Assembly: GCF_009914755.1 (NCBI RefSeq)
Contig: NC_060925.1
Origin: the human T2T-CHM13v2.0 reference genome, Homo sapiens
DNA: 64,000 nt
Reading direction: 5' to 3' (one strand)
Of this stretch, positions 17,697 through 48,862 are shown piece after piece. The translations under genes and the position numbers were made by a program. The notes beneath the pieces were generated by a model that worked only from the letters and a program-made list of their open reading frames with translations, was not told where the DNA came from and ran no database searches. Within the stretch, counting starts at the first letter, position 1. Every line of letters begins with the position of its first letter.

Positions 17697-19249
17697 TAAA
17701 AGTGAAAAAGCTAAGATTCTGAGATATGGGGTGACTTTCTCAAGGTAACACAGCTAGGAAATGGCAGAACTCGGATTTGAACCCAAGGCTGTCTAATAAA
17801 ATCAAGCTTCTGTGCATTTCATGCTAGTCTTAACTTCTTCCAACCTTATGTCCTGCCTCCCCACCCAGATGATAGCTGCAGGCATCCTGTCCTTCGTTAT
17901 CTTCACCTTGTCTCATTCCTCACCCCCAGGCCCAGCAGAGTGCTCGCCCATGATGTCCCTAGTGACTGTGGATTCAGTGGGACCCTTTGCTTGGGTTTCT
18001 TTGGTCTTCCTTATCTGTTCACCCCAGTACCTTGACCGTTGGCTCCTTTCACTGCCATAACCTCTGGCATCAAACATATTCATCCTTTTTTTTTTTTTTT
18101 TTTTGAGGCAGGTCTCACTCTGTCACCCCAGCTGGACTGCACTAGCATGATCATGGCTCACTGCAGCCTCAGCCTTCTAGGCTCAAGTGATCCTCCTGCC
18201 TCAGCCTCCTGAGTAGCTGGGACCACAGGCATGTGCCACCATGCCTAATTTAATTTTTTTTTTTTTTGTAGAGATGGAGTCTTGCTATGTTGCCTAGGCT
18301 GGTCTACGAACCCCTAGGATCTAGCGATCCACCTGCTTTGGCTTTCCAAAGTATTGGGATTACAGGCATAAACCACTGTGCCCGGCCAATGTCTTCATCC
18401 TTAACATTGGGATACTAATTCTGGTTGTTGTAATGACTAAAGAAAATAAATAAAACACCTAGCACATTGCAAGGCATAAAGTCCTCATGTAGGGATTATG
18501 ATTGTCTTACCTCCTTACCCCTGTCCTCAGAGCCTCATACAATGCTAGGCGCTGGTAGAGGGCTAATGGACATCTGTTGAGTTAAACAGTATGTTGAAAG
18601 AACACTGGTTTGGGAGTCAGCAGAGCTAGATTTTAATACTGGTTTATGGGCAGTTGTCACTTTTTCTCTCTGAAATTCAGTTTTTTCACTGTCCTTGGGG
18701 CCTCTACAGTCTCCTGCAGCTCTTAGGCAAAGTATGAATGCAGGTAAATCCCACACCCTCAGACCCTCCTTTGACTCAAATCCCCCCTCTGACACTGCTG
18801 GACCCCTTTTGGCAGATGATTTTTTTCCTACTCCCCCTACCCACCCCATTAGAATTGGCAGGTGATTCTTATCCCAGGATCCTGGCTTTTGCTCCCAAGG
18901 AGCCCTGACACCCAGGTGCCACCAGATGGTGCTGTGGACTCATTCTTCACAGGAAGCTGGCTCCCGGGCTCCCCGGCTCCCTATCTCCCCGGCTCCTAGG
19001 AGAGGCCTTCTGGCTCCTCTGGACAGGGTGGGGTTCCTCCGTGGAAGGCTGCTAGGCCTGGGATAATCCTGGGAGGTGACTCAAGCCTTTCAGAAATTTC
19101 CAAGGCCCAAGCCCGCCCTCGGTTTGGCGTGCAGATTCCAGCATAGAGTTGGCAGGAGGACTGGCTGCGTAATTTGTAGAACCCAGTGTAAGACCAAAAT
19201 GCCTAAGTTACTGATGCAGGCAGCACAGGGAATGCCTAAAAGCCCATGG

Positions 19250-21630
<2,381 letters not shown>

Positions 21631-22163
21631 GGGTCCTGATTGTACTCCTAATGTCCTATGTGATTTTGAGCAAAGCCCTGTTCTCCCCAGACTCCCATAT
21701 ATTTACGTATCACTTTATAATTGACAAAAGGGGAGCATCCTTTGTGTGCTAGGCACTGTTGTCTCATAGAATTCTTAGAACAACCAAAGGGGTGGAATAT
21801 TGTAGCCCAAAGAGCAAAGAAGAACTTTGTCTCCAGGGTGGCTCTGTTACCAGAGTTCCCAAAAGATGGCACTGTGGACTGGCTCAGAGGAAATATAGCA
21901 AAATATGTAATATATATTATATAGATTATATATATATATATTTTGAGATGGAGTTTTGCTCTTGTTGCCCAGGCTGGAGTGCAATGGCGCGATCTAGGCT
22001 CACTGCAAACTCTGCCTCCTGGGTTCAAGCGATTCTCCTGCCTCAGCCTCCTGAGTGGCTGGGATTACTCATCACATGCATCACATGGCATGTGCCATCA
22101 CACCCGGCAATATATATATATTTTAAGACAGGGTCTCACTCTGTCTCCCAGGCTGAAGTGTAG

Positions 22164-22268
<105 letters not shown>

Positions 22269-22399
22269 TAATTTTTGTATTTTTATAGATACAGGGTTTT
22301 GCCATGTTGCCTAGGCTGATCTTGAACTCCTGGGCTTAAGCAGTCCACCCGCCTCAGCCTCCCAAAGTGCTAAACTTACAGGCGTGAGCCACCGCATTC

Positions 22400-30834
<8,435 letters not shown>

Positions 30835-32779
30835 TGATACAGGAGTTAAGAAGAAATTACTTAGGCAGATAGTAAGGGGATGGGAGTCCTTGGTAAGTCT
30901 TCTCTTTTTAATGAAAAGCAGCCCCAAATCATTTTCTAACAAAGAGCAGCCTGAAAGCTGGGCGCTTGCACAGGTGAATGCAGGCAGGAACTAAGGACTA
31001 GACATGTTCAAGATGATGGCTCCATCCTCCCTTTTCTGCCAGCCATGGGTACTGTAAAGGAGTGGATAAGATAGTGCTGATCAACTGGAAAGTCCATTTG
31101 CATAAGAAGATTAAGGTGAGGTGACCAGTCTTCCCTGTGCCCTATGTAAACCCATACCTGATCGAACCAATCTGTGAGCCCTACATAAATCAGACACCAC
31201 GACCTCAAACTGTATATAAAACTCAGCTTATTTGCCACCAGCCAGTCCTTTTCCACTTGGTCATTTTCTGCTAGGTTCCTTCTGCTTGGAGACCCCTTCC
31301 TCTGTGCAGGAAGCTGTTTCTCTCTCTTTTCTTCTACCTATTAAACTTCTGCTCCTAAACTCCTTGTGTTTGTCTGTGTCCTAAATTTTTTGGCCCACAA
31401 CAAAGAACCCAAGGGTATATACCCCAGAAAACGAAGCTGCTTCATAATGGGGGCCTGTCTGGGATACCAAAGTACAACATTCATCGAAACAGTGAGTAAA
31501 GGAGTGGACTCCAACTCTGTCTTTTCATTCTGAGGCTCTCAGTCTCCATTTTAGACCTTTCTTGAAGGACAGCCATGGTGTGGCGCTGGAAGAAGTCCTG
31601 AGGCAACTGAGGGCTTCTGGCTGGGGCTACCCCCCGGTGTTATCCAAAGGCTTCTGGACTGACCCCTGCTTCCAACCACCCCAGTGGGGTGTCGGCACCA
31701 GGATCTCCAACTTTCCTTCATAATTTCCTCCTTCCTTGACCACATTTGTCATATCTCTTATCCTCTCTGTGTATGCAGTGTGCAGGAAGTTTTACACTTC
31801 AGGGAAGTAATCTTGTTTGGCAAGATCAGGGAATGTCATAGTAACTGGGGATATAGCTCAGGGGAAGGTGTCTTTGTGATTTTCTAGGAACAGAGGGTTC
31901 CTCCCCAACAGTGAGCATGTGTCTCTGCGCTTGGTCTGGCGAGCACGGCATTTCCAGGTCTCTCTCTGTCCTTGGTCTGGAGAACATATGGCATGTCAAT
32001 GTCACTCTGTCCTTGGTCTAGAGAGCACATGGCGTTTCAAGGTAAACAGCGCCACCTAGTGGAATAGGGATCCTCTCCATGAGGCACATTGTCCTTCACT
32101 GAAACACCCTAGCCTCCCAATTCTCTCCCCTTTTTGTGCCTCTCTACTAAAAACCAGGCTTCACGCTACTTCTGTAAATGGGAAAACTCTGCCTTCAACA
32201 ATTAGGGGTAAAATATCCTCCAAAACCAAATTTTAGTGTCAATACTGTCCCATCAACAGTAAAAGGGCCATTCAATACCTACATTCTTTTAAGGCACCTA
32301 TTCTGCCTCCAATTAGAGTGGTACTTAATTGGTAAGGGGATTTTAAGTTCAGAAGTTAACGAGAACCATTCTCTAAGGGTAAACGCTTCAGTATGGGCCA
32401 TAATAGCAGGATATAGAGTTCAATTTAGCACTCCCACTCCATTAAAGGGTCCTTGCCCAACTATTACATAGCTTTTCTTGGGATCCAATTTTTGGGGAGC
32501 CAGGTAGATCACACAAATCCAGGAAGTCAAAGGGAAATCACAGGCAGAGGACTAGAGTCACTTGGGTGAGCGTGACTAGCCCCAATCGCTTAGTTCTTCT
32601 GGTTCCATGGCTGGAGGTCACGCCTGCAACCATGGGTGGCATGTTCAACAAGGTGCTGGGACCAAGGAACCACGGAGGGAAAACATCAGGGGGACACCCC
32701 CACTGTCTTCGTCTCCACCCTGGGTCACACCAAAAGGAAGGAGACTAAAAGGATGCCTTTTTCTCACTTCTCTTTCTAG

Positions 32780-33260
32780 ATGGGTACCATCTTCAGCCTG
32801 CACTCCCCTGGAATGCATTCTGAAGCACTGGGACTCCTTTCACCCTGAAACTTTAAAGAAAAAGTGGCTCATTTTCTTTTGCACAAGGGCATGGCCTTTT
32901 TATTAGACCTTTGCAAGTGTTACAAAATTAACCCAGCCCTTTTAGCAATCACATTTGGCATGACCAAAGAGAATAATGCCCCCAAATTAGAGAAGCAACT
33001 TCTGGGGGATCCATCTGAGGATCTCCCTTATTTGGGGCCCTTTCAAGTTCCCTTCTCATTACAGGACCTTAGGCAAATAAAGAGAGACTTAGGCCAATTT
33101 TCTGACAACCCCAATAGGTATATAGAAGCTTTCCAAAATGTAACTTAGGTATTTGACCTCTCATGGAGGGGTGTTATGCTTCTCCTAAGCCAAACCCTAA
33201 CCACAGCTGAGAGCCAGCCAGCTCTGTAGGCAGCAGAGAAATTTGGAGATGAGGAATATG
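32780..33260 (+). pseudogene. Degenerate gag remnant (MA/CA) of the MER4-group provirus
   Basis: [30 protein letters not shown] and VPFSLQDLRQIKRDLGQFSDNPNRYIEAFQ are gamma-like ERV gag motifs, interrupted by stops and frameshifts. Confidence 0.8.
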
Positions 33261-34274
33261 TCTCCCATAGTAGGCCTAAAAGGAAAAGAGAAAATACGAA
33301 AGGCAAAAAAAAAAAAAACGGGAAACACCATTCCCAATAGGAAGAGAGGAAATACCTCTTGACAACCCTAACTGGAACACCCAGACTTTTCTACAGTGTT
33401 TTTCCTTCTTTCACAGTTTATTTATTTTTATTATTTGTTATTTATTTTTTTTGAGATTGAGTTTCACTCTTGTTGCCCAGGCTGGAGTGAAGTGGCGTGA
33501 TCTCAGCTCACTGCAACCTCTGCCTCCTGGGTTCAAGCGATTCTTCTGTCTCAACCTCCTGAGTGGCTAGGATTACAGGCATGCACCACCACGTCCAGCT
33601 GATATTTTGTATTTTTAGTAGAGATGGGGTTTCACCATGTTGGCCAGGCTGGTCTCAAACTCCTGACCTCAGGTGATCTGCCCACCTCGACCCGCCAAAG
33701 TACTGGGATTACAGGCATGAGCCACTGTACCTGGCCTACTTTCACAGTTTAAAATGGCTCTTTCATAATGTTCTTCCAAACTGGGAAAAGTTAGTTTCTC
33801 CAAACCTTAAAATGCTTGGCTTAGAGTTGAGCTAGGGGAAGGGAACCCAGAAGCCTGACACGCTGGCAAAAGGGTAGAAGTTTTTTCTAACAGTCAAGCT
33901 TTTGGCTTTTCTCTCCCTATGCAAACCAGCGAAAGGGATAATAAGGTTCATTGTTTATATTCTCTGTAAAGTTTTAATTAATCAAAAAAAATCGTGAGGT
34001 TGGTCTTAAGCTGTAGCCATTCTGATGTGCTTTGTGTGTCTTTCCATATGGTTCTGTTAAGAGAAAGGGTACCTTAGGTTCGGATACAGACCGTGGACCT
34101 CATAAGCCTGCTGTTCAAGGCAGCCCAACAGAATGGTCAGTAATAAACTTGGCTACAGGTCTCTATCTTGTTTCATGTCCTTGGGATCATGACCCATAAC
34201 CACATGGCAGTACTTTGTTTTAGTTGCCACCATTTTACATGATGGCTGTCTTCTTATGCTAAATCAGTTCCTGA

Positions 34275-34559
<285 letters not shown>

Positions 34560-37130
34560 TAGTAGAGATGGGGTTTCACCATGTTAGCCAGGATGGTCTT
34601 GATCTCCTGACCTCATGATCTGCCCGCCTCAGCCTCCCAAAGTGCCAGGATTACAGGTGTGAGCCACCGCACCCAGCCAGCACCGATCTTGAGAGCAGTT
34701 TAGGGAGAGTCAAAATCTTGTAGGCTCCAGCTGTGTGACTTCTAGGCCATGGTTTTTAATCTTGTGGCTAGTTTCCTGGTCTGGTACCCAGGCAAGAAGG
34801 AAGTAAATCTTAAGAAGGGGCTGTCATCATCTTTATTTTAGACTATAAACTCTAAACCAGGCTCCTCCCAAAGTTGGTTTGGTCTACGCCCAGGGATAAG
34901 CAAGGAAAGCTTGGGGGCTGGAAACAAAATGGAGTTGGTTGGGTTGGATCTCTTTCACTATCGTGGTCACAATTTTGAAATGACAGTTTCAAAAACCGCC
35001 TATCACCCCTTTAAAAATACCTTGTACACATGCACTCATGGTTAAGTCATAACCTAATTAAGGCTTGTCGATTTCACCTGTGAGGTTACTTTTTGTAAAT
35101 TTCAAAAGCCAAAAATCTTAACTGCTTGAGGTGGCTAATGTCAAGTTACAAGGGATTTAAAAGGATTTTGTTAAAGAGTACTCAGGTTAATTAAAAGTGG
35201 ATATTCAAGTTATAGGTATATTTTAATGGCCTTTATGTTTTTCTCTTTTTGGATCTTGTTTTTCTGGAAAAAGGTTTTTTCCTTCTCAGTTGACTGAATT
35301 ATTAGTCTACATTTTTTATCTTGCCACTCGTAATGCACAATGAGAGGCTCTAAGATAACTTCTGGTAGCATGGGATTCCTTGGGAAAACCAGAGGAGGCA
35401 CCACAGACCCTGTTTTGGGAGAAAAACCTCGTTTTCCCCATGAAACCCCAGGAACTAGAAGCAGATATTTCTCTCTCAAAATCAAAGGCTTTATTTTTGC
35501 ATTATGTTTTGCATTATGTTATCTGACAGTTTTGAATTTTGGGAGTATCAAATTACATTAGGAGAGAGGTTTGGTGTGTAATAACTAGGTAGCAAATACA
35601 CTTTAAGGGATGGCTAATAGTAGTTATAAATCAGAGAAGCATGCTCTTGGTCACCTGAAAGATACAGAAACATTCCCCCTATCCCCACAACGAGAGATGA
35701 GACTCCCATGGGAGATGGGCTAATTACAAAATAAGTTGATTGGCTTTGGGTTGCTTTGCAATGAAATGCACAGTAGAAGCACTGCACTGTCTTCTCCCAT
35801 AGTATCTCTCCTATTTGGGGGATCCAATATCAAATGACACCCTTAATTTTGAGGATCTGTCTTTGCCTTCAGCCGTGCCTGCTTATTATGCCCTAGAAAT
35901 GCATGCCTTCCTGGCCCTGTTCCTCCAAGGGCTCCACCCTGAAACCAATAATTTAATTAAGAAACCGGCAAATAAAAAATCTAACAAGTGCTGAATCTTG
36001 TGTCTGTGTCGCTATATATGTTTTGTGTGTAATGTCTATAAAAAGAGCTCTAATTGATTGGCTGAAAGAAAAATAAGGGCTTAAATCAAATATTTTTTAG
36101 TTCACGTGACTTTAGTCTTTAAGAAATTAGTCATAAGGATTATTGGTAAAATGCAAATAGGTGGTCTAATACATACAACTTAGATACTAGGTTTGCTAAA
36201 TGTTCCAAGGTTGTATACTGCCTGCTTTGCAGATGGGTAAGGCCTGGGACATGTGGAGTTAGATGCTGGAAAGAGTCAGACCTTATCTGCACTTCTGTCT
36301 GGGTCCTAGGCTCCACACTTGGTACATAATTAAAATTGCTTACTTACCAGGTTTTTCACCAAAAGTAAAAGTTGCTAAGAGTTAACAGTGCAGCATGTAT
36401 TTGAGATCACTAAACAGTTTTACATGCAAGGTGTATAAAAACAGTAAAATGTGTTTTTTAGTAAAGATTATAAGAAAGCATGGAAATGTAAATTTTGCCC
36501 TGGTATGAGGGATTATGTTAAATTTGATAAGAGAGCTAGAGGTTTAAGCAAGTTATAGAAAGATTGTAAAAAGTAATCTTGCAAAAAATGTATAAAAATT
36601 AACTGAATTCAAAAGGATATTATATGGTTTTTTCATAAATTGAACATTGAAATAAAAGCACAGCAAGGTTGTCTTAAGACACTAATCTGCCCTTTAGCAA
36701 AAGGGGTTATAAAGGGTTTGTAAAGATTTCACCTTGTGGTCAAATTGACCACCTCATGGTCAATAGATAGAATTGTCTATAAGGTTTCATTTAAACACAT
36801 TGGGGTTAACATTAACAAACTAATGCAAGGTTAAAATTTGTCTTTAAGCAGAATTTTTATGTAATAGTAAAGGCTAATGAATGGTTTTTGCCTTCTGAGT
36901 CATCATTTTGGCAAAATAAATAATTTATGGCATTCTAGAATTCTATTTCATAACATCAAGTGTTTTAAACCTCTAACATTTAACAGGCATCCCAAAATCA
37001 AACTTCAAGTTTCAAAATTGTCTTTCCTGATGCCTGGCTTTCTGGATGGTTCACAGTTCCCCTGAATAATCCAGAGAAGAGGTAAACAGGATTATTTGAC
37101 ATGTTTAGTCACATGAGATTGCCAAAATGA

Positions 37131-37350
<220 letters not shown>

Positions 37351-37468
37351 TAGCCAGGATGGTCTCGATCTCCTGACCTCGTGATCTACCCACCTTGGCC
37401 TCCCAAAGTGCTGGGATTACAGGCATGAGCCCCTGCGCCTGGCGGTTTTTTTTTTTTTTTTTTTTTGA

Positions 37469-37582
<114 letters not shown>

Positions 37583-39855
37583 TGAGATTACAGGCATGTG
37601 CCACTGCACCTGGCTAATTTTTTGTATTTTTAATAGAGACGAGGTTTCTCCACGTTGGTCAGGCTGGTCTCGAACTCCCAACCTCAGGTTATCTGCCCAC
37701 CTTGGCCTCCCAAAGTGCTGGGGTTACAGGCCTGAGCCACCATGCCCAGCCAATGTCCAATCTTCTTTAAGTTATATTTTGGTGAATTATACTAATACAT
37801 GTTCCAAAATCATATGAGATTTCTAAAATTCTAATGTATGAGTATATGCTATCAATCGTAATTAAGGTTGTTATGTTAAGTTATTGTAAACCACAAATAT
37901 AACTAAACTTCTTTGTCAGTCATGTTTTTAACTGTAACTACCCTGGAAATTTTGTCATTCACAGATAATTTTTGTCTTGCTTTGTTCCTTCTCAAAAGAT
38001 GGGTTATAATCAAGCTATAAGACTTTAACAGGTGTTCTCAAAGGCAGGTTTTTAATAGCTTTGAAGATTGTAACATTGTAATAGAGAAAGAATGTATGGG
38101 ACTCATGAATAACTGAAATGTTCACGAATATCAAGCAAAACAAGAGCTAACTAAATGGACTGCACTCAGAAAGTTAAAGCAACCTTTTTGACTTTTGCTT
38201 GAAATATTGCTGATCCTTGTTTGGTTTTTCAGAGTCAAGGAAATGTATTTTGAACGACTTATGGCCTTATATAATTGAGTAAGGCATACTCTTGTGAACA
38301 AAATTTGGAGCATGTTTCTGTCTGCCTGGTTCCTCTAGAATTTGGAAACTATCTGCACGTATTCTTAACTTATGACAATATAGTTGTTTGCATCGGTGCG
38401 ATAAGAATCCATTTTTCTTTTGCAACAGGACACAATTGGAAAACCTGGTTATTTTACCAAGGCTTTGACTGGAAGGGTATGCTTTCCTTTAAGGAGTCAA
38501 TCTTGACTTGCTGAGCTGATAAAAGCCCCATGGGGAGAACAAGGCCTCATACCTTGTCTGCACAGTTCCCACACAGGGTTCTTAACCTGTGGTCAGTAAA
38601 GAATGTCACTTTCTAACAGGTCCAGGAGCTCCAAGTTTATCTTGGGACCTTATGAGAAGAGGATCACCCAACTCACAGGTATTTGAGGATACAAACCCAT
38701 GGCTGGGCTCAGCTTTAAAAGGTCTTATCTGAGATTCCTTGTGGAACAGAGTTCCATCAAAACCAGTCCAAAAGGCTTATGTTGAAATAACTATTCTTGC
38801 TGCACTTTATGCAAATAACCAGGCCAAGTATAAAACTAAAGTTTATTCTATGAATAACACAGTCCTATGATAATTTGTTTTTACCAAAAATGAGGACTAG
38901 AGAGAGAAATTATGCTCCCAAGCTTATCACATATTTGTCATTAAATCCTAGTCTAATTGTTTTTAAGCTTTTTGCCTATGTTTTAGACTAACCCTGCTTA
39001 TTCCTGTGGATCAAGTGGTGATCTTCTGCAGCTTGGAAGAAGCAGAAAGGGATGGGTAATGTGAATATTTGGATCAATACGCTGGTTCTGGGCAATTATC
39101 CTGCAAATTCTGCCAGGTAATGAAAGTGAGTAGGGTCCCATAACCCAGAGGTTTCTTTGTTTGGGAAAATAAAACCAAGGAACTTCATAGACCCCCAAAG
39201 TGAAATTCTGTATGTTGGTAAGTAAAATTTTAGATGGAAATAATCTAGTACATCACCTTTGCAGAAATTGCTATAGTCATTCTACTAACTGCAGTAGAGC
39301 TATACACAGTAGCACCTTCTAACTGAAATATTGGACAGAGAGTTTCCATCGTTGTAGTATTTTGTTTAATTATTATCCTTATAACAGGGATAATAGTTAC
39401 CAACAAAAAGGAAGCATGAAAGTTTTACTATCACCGAGTCTGCTAGGACTTTTTATTGGGTTTAGTGATACATCACACCCTTTAGCTCCTACAATATCAG
39501 CCATGGCCCATTTGTACAAAAAGACTAATTCTTGGGTCTGTCCTGAGCAATTTGCTCAGTTCAATAACGCTAAGGAAACTGCACTATAGTAGCAATGGTC
39601 CCCAACCTACTATTTTTAAATTGCACTGACATGGAATTGCACTGACATGAGAATATCCTCATGATGACTCTTGAATTGGAAAAACTGGCTATCAGCTTCC
39701 CAGTTTGCACAACTAATCAAGAAATAATGTGGGGTCACTGGCACAAATGATGAGGCATCTCTGGGAAGTTTAACTTCCTATCTGTCCAATCTCTTGCCCC
39801 ACATCATCTGGGGACATCCCTAACCTAGGTCCTTTTTAGAAAGTGCACTATCTTG

Positions 39856-40226
39856 GAAGCCAGAGCTGCAGCCAGGTCAAGCTGGACTGGTGATATGGAG
39901 CCCCCGTACCAGTAAACCCACAAGCAGGTCCATGAGATCCAGTCTCACATGGGATGCCTGGAGATGGCAGACAAGCAGTTTTCACACTTAGTAGAAAATG
40001 AAATCCAAGCAAGCACAGACCAGATATTCAGGGGTCTAGAACATCTGGAGATTTTGTCTAGCAAGGAGCCCCCTAACAAAAGGCAGAATGCCAAACTTCA
40101 GGTTGACCGGTTAAAGTATGATGTTCAGCACCTGCAGACTGCTCTCAGAAACTTCCAGCATTGACACTATACAAGGGAGCAGCAGGAGAGACAGCAAGAA
40201 GAGCTTTTCAAAACTTCACCACTAAC
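39856..40226 (+). pseudogene. GOSR2: Processed GOSR2 fragment (5' UTR plus codons 1-112)
   Basis: ATG at 39895: [22 protein letters not shown]...LVENEIQAS...[35 protein letters not shown]...FTTN. Intronless, with stops and a frameshift. Confidence 0.93.
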
Positions 40227-40679
<453 letters not shown>

Positions 40680-40746
40680 AGCTATCAGCTTCCCAGTTTG
40701 CACAATTAATCAAGAAATAATGTGGGGTCACTGGCACAAATGATGA

Positions 40747-44994
<4,248 letters not shown>

Positions 44995-45330
44995 TCTGGC
45001 AGCCCCAAGACGCTAGCGCCCCTAGCAACCGTGGGCACCGCCCCCTCCTTTATAAGCAAATTTTATTAGGTGAGGTCTAGATCCGCTCCGCGTCACCAGG
45101 GCGATCTCATCCCACAATCCTGCCCAAGCCTCCCTTCTCGCCCCGCCCCGCAGGAACACTCCTCCCCTCCCCTAAGCGAGGAAGGATTTGGGCAGCAGAC
45201 CTTGGTGGTCCCAAGACTCCAGCAGCCTATTGTGGTGGTGGTGGTGGTGGTGGTGGTGGTGGTGGTGTAGGGTTGGGTGGGGTGGGGTGCAGGCGCGGCA
45301 GAGCTTCCCAAGGAAGTCACGGGACCTCAC
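44995..45330 (-). promoter_or_regulatory. Copied LRRC37-type proximal promoter (TATA, X-box-like motif, GC box)
   Basis: TATAAA on the minus strand at 45049-45054, about 55 nt upstream of the ATG. GTTGCTAGG (RFX-like) near 45021-45029, GGGGCGGGG near 45141-45149, locally CpG-rich. Confidence 0.55.
45232..45268. repeat. (GGT)n microsatellite
   Basis: About 12 GTG/GGT units. It explains the poly-V, poly-W, poly-H and poly-T ORF stretches. Confidence 0.95.
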
Positions 45331-46076
45331 CTCGGGATATTCAGAGGTGCTAGTCCAGTTCTGGCAGCCTGAATTCTTTCTCCTCCAAGCTGAAATCCGA
45401 GAGATAATCTTCCTCCTCTTGGCCAATACGGCTTCCAGGGAAAACAACTGACCTGCAAAATCTGCGCCAGTTAGGGTGGCAGGCAGAACACACATTATGG
45501 TCATTTATTCCAAAATGTTGCCATTTTCGCTAAACTTTCGATACCCTTTGTTGCATGTTTGATAATTAATTCACCGCCCTATTAGGTACGGGCTGCCAGG
45601 CAACAAGCGAGGACTGCAAATTTTCTGTAGGACAGGTTTTGGGGTGTGGGCAATTCAGTCTGAGAGAGAAGGCCTTAATGCGAGTGAACAGCCCTTTGCA
45701 CTAGCCTGGGAGGAGGCCAAAATGTCATCCTGCCTTGACTTAACACAGCCTTTACCCTAGAAGCTACAGCGCCACTCTCAGAGGTCTACCCTATGTGCAC
45801 ACATGGAGAAGACGCTTAGGTTGTTAAAGTCAGCATGTTAAATAATTTCCTGAAATGCGACTATAACGAGAACTCAGCTGGCTTCACCCACAGCCATTCT
45901 TACCTATTTTATTACTCATTGTCTGGCACAATCACAAAGTGCAGGTGATACTGACACCTACTTTTTAGGGTTTTTTGATGATTTAATTTGATAATGAATG
46001 TACACTGCTTTGCAAACAGTGAGCTTTCAATAAAAGGTACCTATTGTAATTCTCAAAAAAAAAGTGCACTATCTTG

Positions 46077-46740
46077 AATACGCTGAGCAAAGAGACCTAT
46101 CATTTCCATGCCCTCATGTAGAGGTTTAACTGAAAGAGAAGATTGGGAGGGCACACACATGACAATCTCATCTTAGAAGGACCATGGATGGGGAATTCCA
46201 TAACCAGAGGCCTCTTCCGGTTTGCTGGTATTCCTCTCCTTGAAAGGTCAGCATTTAATGTTTCCATTATGATGCAACGAGGATGGAAGGCAACATTAGG
46301 AGCTGTGGAAGCACAACAATCCATAGACTCTTTAGCCATCGACTGGCCCTCGATGTCCTTACAGCAAAGGTGGGGTACCTGTGCAGTCTTAAATGAAACA
46401 TGCTGCTTCTGGATAAACACCTTTAGTCAAGTAGAAGAAAACTTACAGATGCTTAAAGATCAAGTAAAAATCATTGACAGGTCAAGAGAAAATGCAGGTT
46501 CCAGCCCTGGATGGCTACAATCCCTCTTTAATGAATTCCAGTCTTCTTTGTGGAACTGGTTAGCTCCATTATTAAGCCCTCTCTTGCTCATGTGACCTTG
46601 TCTGCTCAATATTATAACTCAAATTGTTTCCTCTTGCCTAGAAGCAATCAAACTCCAAATGCTGCTGCAGACTGAACTATGCATGAGCACGCCTTTCTTC
46701 CAAGGACCCTTAGATAGACCTCAGGAGGAGTCCTAGCTGC
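46077..46740 (+). pseudogene. env TM remnant of the MER4-group provirus (the N-terminal part lies at about 39415-39855, split off by the retrocopy)
   Basis: ORF 46143..46595 contains the CX6CC motif (CAVLNETCCFWIN) and a membrane-proximal WNWLAPLLSPL. The upstream part begins MKVLLSPSLLGLFIG...NSWVCP. Confidence 0.8.
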
Positions 46741-48429
46741 TGTTCCCCACACAACGCCCCTTTTCAGAAGGAAGTAGCCAGAAAGAGTCATTGCCCAACA
46801 CTCCCTAACAGCAGTTAGGGTTACCACTCCAGAGCGGGGAATGATACAGGAGTTAAGAAGAAATTACTTAGGCAGATAGTAAGGGTATGGGAGTCCTCGG
46901 TAAGGCTTTTCTTTTTAATGAAAAGCAGCCCCAAATCATTAAATCACTTTCTTTCTTTTTTTTTTTTTTTTTTTTTTTTTTTGAGACAGAGTCTTGCTCT
47001 GTGGCCCAGGCTAGAGTGCAGTGGTGCAATCTCAGCTCACTGCAACCTCTGCCTCCCAGCTTCAAGTGATTCTCATTCCTCAGCCTCCTGAGTAGCTGGG
47101 ACTACAGGTGTGTGCCACCACGCCCGGCTAATTTTTGTAATTTTAGTAGAGTCGGGGTTTCACCATGTTGGCCAGGCTGGTCTCGAACTCCTGACCTCAA
47201 GTGATCTGCTGGCCTCAGCCTCCCAAAGTGCTGGGATTATAGGTATAAGCCACTGTGCCCGGCCCTCCAAATCATTTTCTAACAAAGAGCAGCCTGCAAG
47301 CTGGGAGCTTGCATGGGTGAATGCTGGCAGGAAAGAACTAAGGACTAGACATGTTTAAGATGGCAGCTCCATCTTCCCTTCTCTGCCAGCCACGTGTATT
47401 GTAAAGGAGCAGACATGATGGTGCCAATCAACTGGAAAGCCCATTTGCATAGTAAGATTAAGATGAGGCAACCAGTCTTCCCTGTATACTATGTAAATGT
47501 CATACCTTATTGAACCAATTAAGCACTACATAAATCAGACACCACCTCCTCAAACTGGACTATAAAACTCAGTGCATTCACCGACAGCCAGTCCTTTTCC
47601 ACTCGGTCCTTTCCGCTTGGAGACACCTTCCTCCATGGAGGAAGCTGTTTCTCTTTCTCTTCTCTTCTACCTATTAAACCTGCACTCCTAAACTTGTGTG
47701 TGTCCGTGTCCTAAATTTTCCTGGCACACAACAATGAACCCCAGCATATATACACCAGATGATGTAGCTGCTTCACTGTCACCACATGGCCTCTAACAAC
47801 CCAGAATCCTCTCATCCTCCTTGAGGTCAGAGCCATTTCAATGGTGAACCCAACCACAACTATTCTGGGCTTAGAGAGGATGGTCAGGAAAGTGCTTTTT
47901 AATGATTTTGGCACTTCCTTCATCAATTGTCCTCTAGCTTTGGTAATGAAGGTGAATTCTGTGCCTTTTCAAGGAATATAATTATTGGGTTGCTCAGCAA
48001 GATACATATATAGATTCAGTAAATCATTCTTGCCTCCTGAGGTCTTTAAATTTCTTCCTCTAATTTATGTCAAGAGACTTCCACTGTTGTACAAATTAAT
48101 GATGGGCCAGAATCATATCCAGGTTTGCATAAACTAACACTTCGAATTTCTACAATAATGGTTGGCAGCTGTCAGTGGGAGAGCATCGGATGCAGAATCG
48201 GCCAGTAAGTACACTCGAATCGATAAATTCATTTTGATCTAAAATTATATTCAGATTTGCCTTAGTTGAGAACCTTCCAAATCCACCTCCATAAATAGTC
48301 CCCTGCCCTCTCATTAAATAAAGTAGTAAATTCCTGTAATTTTTTTATTTGGGAAGACCTATTCTGCCCTATATTTGTCTACTTTTCAACCCCTAGGACA
48401 TGCTAGGTGTGGACTTTAGTTCTGGCTAA

Positions 48430-48862
<433 letters not shown>

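Noticed and set aside
39949-40164. Possible functional short GOSR2-like protein (71 aa)
   Set aside because: There is a stop at codon 7 after the true ATG and further stops and a frameshift. The SNARE and TM domains are absent.
45070-45504. ORFs with poly-His, poly-Trp, poly-Val or poly-Thr
   Set aside because: These are readings of a (GGT)n microsatellite.
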